Of a stretch of 64,000 nt of DNA, positions 61,923-64,000 are shown in pieces. How positions within the stretch are numbered: the first letter of the stretch is position 1; each line of letters opens with the position of its first letter. A program made the position numbers and the translations under genes. The DNA is taken from the NCBI GenBank assembly GCA_951406725.2, contig OX597816.1, positions 81,716,001 through 81,780,000 of the forward strand. Direction: 5' to 3'. Under the pieces are notes generated by a model, which was given only the letters and a program-made list of their open reading frames with translations, searched no databases and was not told the DNA's origin. This DNA comes from Octopus vulgaris (taxonomy: Eukaryota).

Positions 61923-62054
61923 ATGGCAGACCATCCAGGTTTGGAGTTGCTATTTCGTAGCGTTGAGATCACTTCGGTTCAAGATGCAGCCATTTGCTTG
62001 TTACACTGGGAATTCATCAGAAATGGGTTTAAATGTACTAATGATAGTGACGAG
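61923..62054 (+). CDS. PSMF1: Proteasome inhibitor PI31, coding exon 1
   Basis: MADHPGLELLFRSVEITSVQDAAICLLHWEFIRNGFKCTNDSDE resembles human PI31 MAGLEVLF...QDALVCFLHWE; GTTTGT donor, phase 0. Confidence 0.92.
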
Positions 62055-62150
62055 GTTTGTTTTTGTTTACATTTATAGTGTTGATATGTCGTTCATACAG
62101 AATGTTGCTAATGCTTTAGAGAAATGCATGAACGTCACACAATCCCTTTC

Positions 62151-62242
62151 AGGAATATGTTAAATAAACTATATAACTGACTGGTGGGTTGCTCCAAGGA
62201 ATATGTTAAATAAACTATATAACTGACTGGTGGGTTACTCCA
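62151..62242. repeat. 46-bp tandem duplication x2
   Basis: AGGAATATGTTAAATAAACTATATAACTGACTGGTGGGTT(G/A)CTCCA occurs twice. Confidence 0.9.
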
Positions 62243-63661
62243 AGGTAACCATGGATCAGGGAGGTGTGAGACCTGTAAGGAGTAGCGCTAACTAAACACA
62301 ACCTGGGGCTTGATCAATCTTGGATGAAGATATTTGTTGAAATACCTGAAACACCTATTTGTTTCCTGAAACGTCACTAATAAAGTGCCCAGGTGCATCA
62401 AAATATGATGTTTAGAAAAACAAACACACACACTAATACAGTACGACGCATATTCATATACACTGCATTGTAAAGGTATGGGATCTTTTCGGTTTGAACG
62501 GCAGTTTTTCTAGCGGTGTCATATGAAATTGTCACCCATGATTAAGACCCTAGTATCGATCTATTGTATTTCAATCTGGGTTAGGGGTGGGGGAAGGGTA
62601 TCTTTTTTTCTTCAGAAATGTAAATAAACCCAATCTGTTTCTTAAACGAGGGACATATTCATACGGCACAGAATGTTTTTCACCTCAATAGACGTCATTG
62701 ATTGGTTGAAATTGCAGAAATTGAAGGAAAAACAACAACAAATATCTTACTAAACTATTCGAGCAATGCGACTAGACAGTCGGTGATGAATCCCAATACA
62801 AGACCGAAACTTGACCAGCTGCTACTTCCTTTTTCTATCCATGAAGAGAGAGAGAGAGAGATTTTATCTGTGTAGACAGTGTTGACTAAAAAAAATTCTA
62901 TAGAAATGTTATTTAGTTCAGTATAGCATTGAAACAAAACGCTGTTAACGCACCGGTAATATAAATATTAATTCGATAAGTCGGCCCCAGAAGTTCCTGT
63001 ACGTGAACTTGTTCTGAGTGGATACAGTGTTGCACAGTACTGAAACCACTTTTCAGCGCAATCAGCTATTATACTAGTACCACAACAGATGCTGAGACGA
63101 CCAATAACCAACTGCACCCCAGGGTCTTTCTTATAAGAGTATAAAGAAGGAAATCCTAATAAGAACTGGGGTGGTTGGGCTGGTGATAACTTTAAAATTA
63201 CATCCAGTAATGGGGTCCTAGTTGTGTGCTCCCCCGTTTCGAGGAGTGTGGAACCACCCCTTAGCTATTATTGTTCTCAGGTCTACTCTGATCCATAATA
63301 GTATTTGATATGGTCCCATTTATGAATTAATTATCATATGTCTGTGTGTGAGTGTGTGTGTATATAGTATATTTATGTATGGTCGAGGAAGTAATGTTTG
63401 ATTATAAATAACACCCAGGAAGATTTACTGTTTTCAGTTCTATTCTGTGTAATGGGACATTACACGGAAGGTATTATTTTTTGCTGTTTTACTAAATATT
63501 TTTCATACAAGCATAGGTGTATGAAAAATCTATTACTTAATATAGTCATATCTTTTTATTTGCTATTTCTCATTGTTTTATATCTTAAATGAATTTCTAC
63601 AGATATCCTCCTCCCCACATCAGTAATAGTTAACTATAGCAGAATTTATTTTTTATTTCAG

Positions 63662-63811
63662 AAAATTGGTTCTGAACTTTTGCCTCCAGACTGGAATAAT
63701 TCACAAGATGTATATGTTCTTAATTACAGCAGATATTCAGAAGATAGAAAAGCAGAACGTTTTTTGATGAAAGCTATTCTAATTGAAAATTGTTTGTCAC
63801 TAAATCTAATG
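63662..63811 (+). CDS. PSMF1: Proteasome inhibitor PI31, coding exon 2 (gene continues beyond the window)
   Basis: KIGSELLPPDWNNSQDVYVLNYSRYSEDRKAERFLMKAILIENCLSLNLM resembles PI31 FP domain SELLPAGWNNNKDLYVLRY..LLVKAI; TTTCAG / GTAAAG; phase 0-0. Confidence 0.93.
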
Positions 63812-63925
63812 GTAAAGTTCACATGTTCTATCTACTTTCTTTTTATACATTTATTGTAATGTATATAGATGCCTCCATTTTCTAAGAAGTTTACAAGCAT
63901 CAAGCAAATTATAGATAAATTATAG

Positions 63926-64000
63926 GCATAGCAGTGGCTGTGTGGTAAGTAGCTTGCTTACCAGCACATGGTTCCGGGTTCAGTCCAACTGTGTGGCACT
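63926..64000 (+). mobile_element. SINE 5' part (truncated by window end)
   Basis: GTGGCTGTGTGGTAAG..CATGGTTCCGGGTTCAGTCC head. Confidence 0.8.

Noticed and set aside
61804-62163. 119-aa ORF over the PSMF1 start
   Set aside because: Wrong frame; the PI31 homology is in the frame starting at ATG 61923.
62470-62760. GGGTTAGGGG-containing segment as a telomeric seed
   Set aside because: Only a single telomere-like unit, in what looks like a dispersed non-autonomous repeat of undetermined class.

Overview
AT-rich eukaryotic genomic DNA; the SINE, MITE and LINE content suggests a coleoid cephalopod (Octopus-like), which is an inference. Most ORFs in the supplied track are spurious. On the + strand there is a spliced TPD52/D52-family gene with core exons at 17852, 18580, 32240, 33549 and 44394; its first exon was not found. 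It also carries at least four frame-preserving candidate microexons, two of which look like duplicated 24-nt paralogues. The first two coding exons of the proteasome inhibitor PI31 (PSMF1) start at 61923. Between the two genes is a TE nest: a young, compact, GC-rich Ty3/Gypsy LTR element (47458-51607, minus strand, CTATA target-site duplication) inserted into the LTR of an older Mag-like Gypsy, plus an L1/Tx1 fragment and a young 5'-truncated CR1/L2 LINE. The most striking observation is that the young LTR element lacks a canonical TGG primer-binding site. Instead, the 12 nt abutting its 5' LTR are exactly complementary to the 5' end of metazoan tRNA-Phe(GAA), suggesting priming by a 5' tRNA fragment. 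Introns hold R4/Dong, RTE and Penelope remnants, hAT and piggyBac MITEs, foldback palindromes and many SINEs; CRE-like and Tc1-like remnants lie between the two genes.
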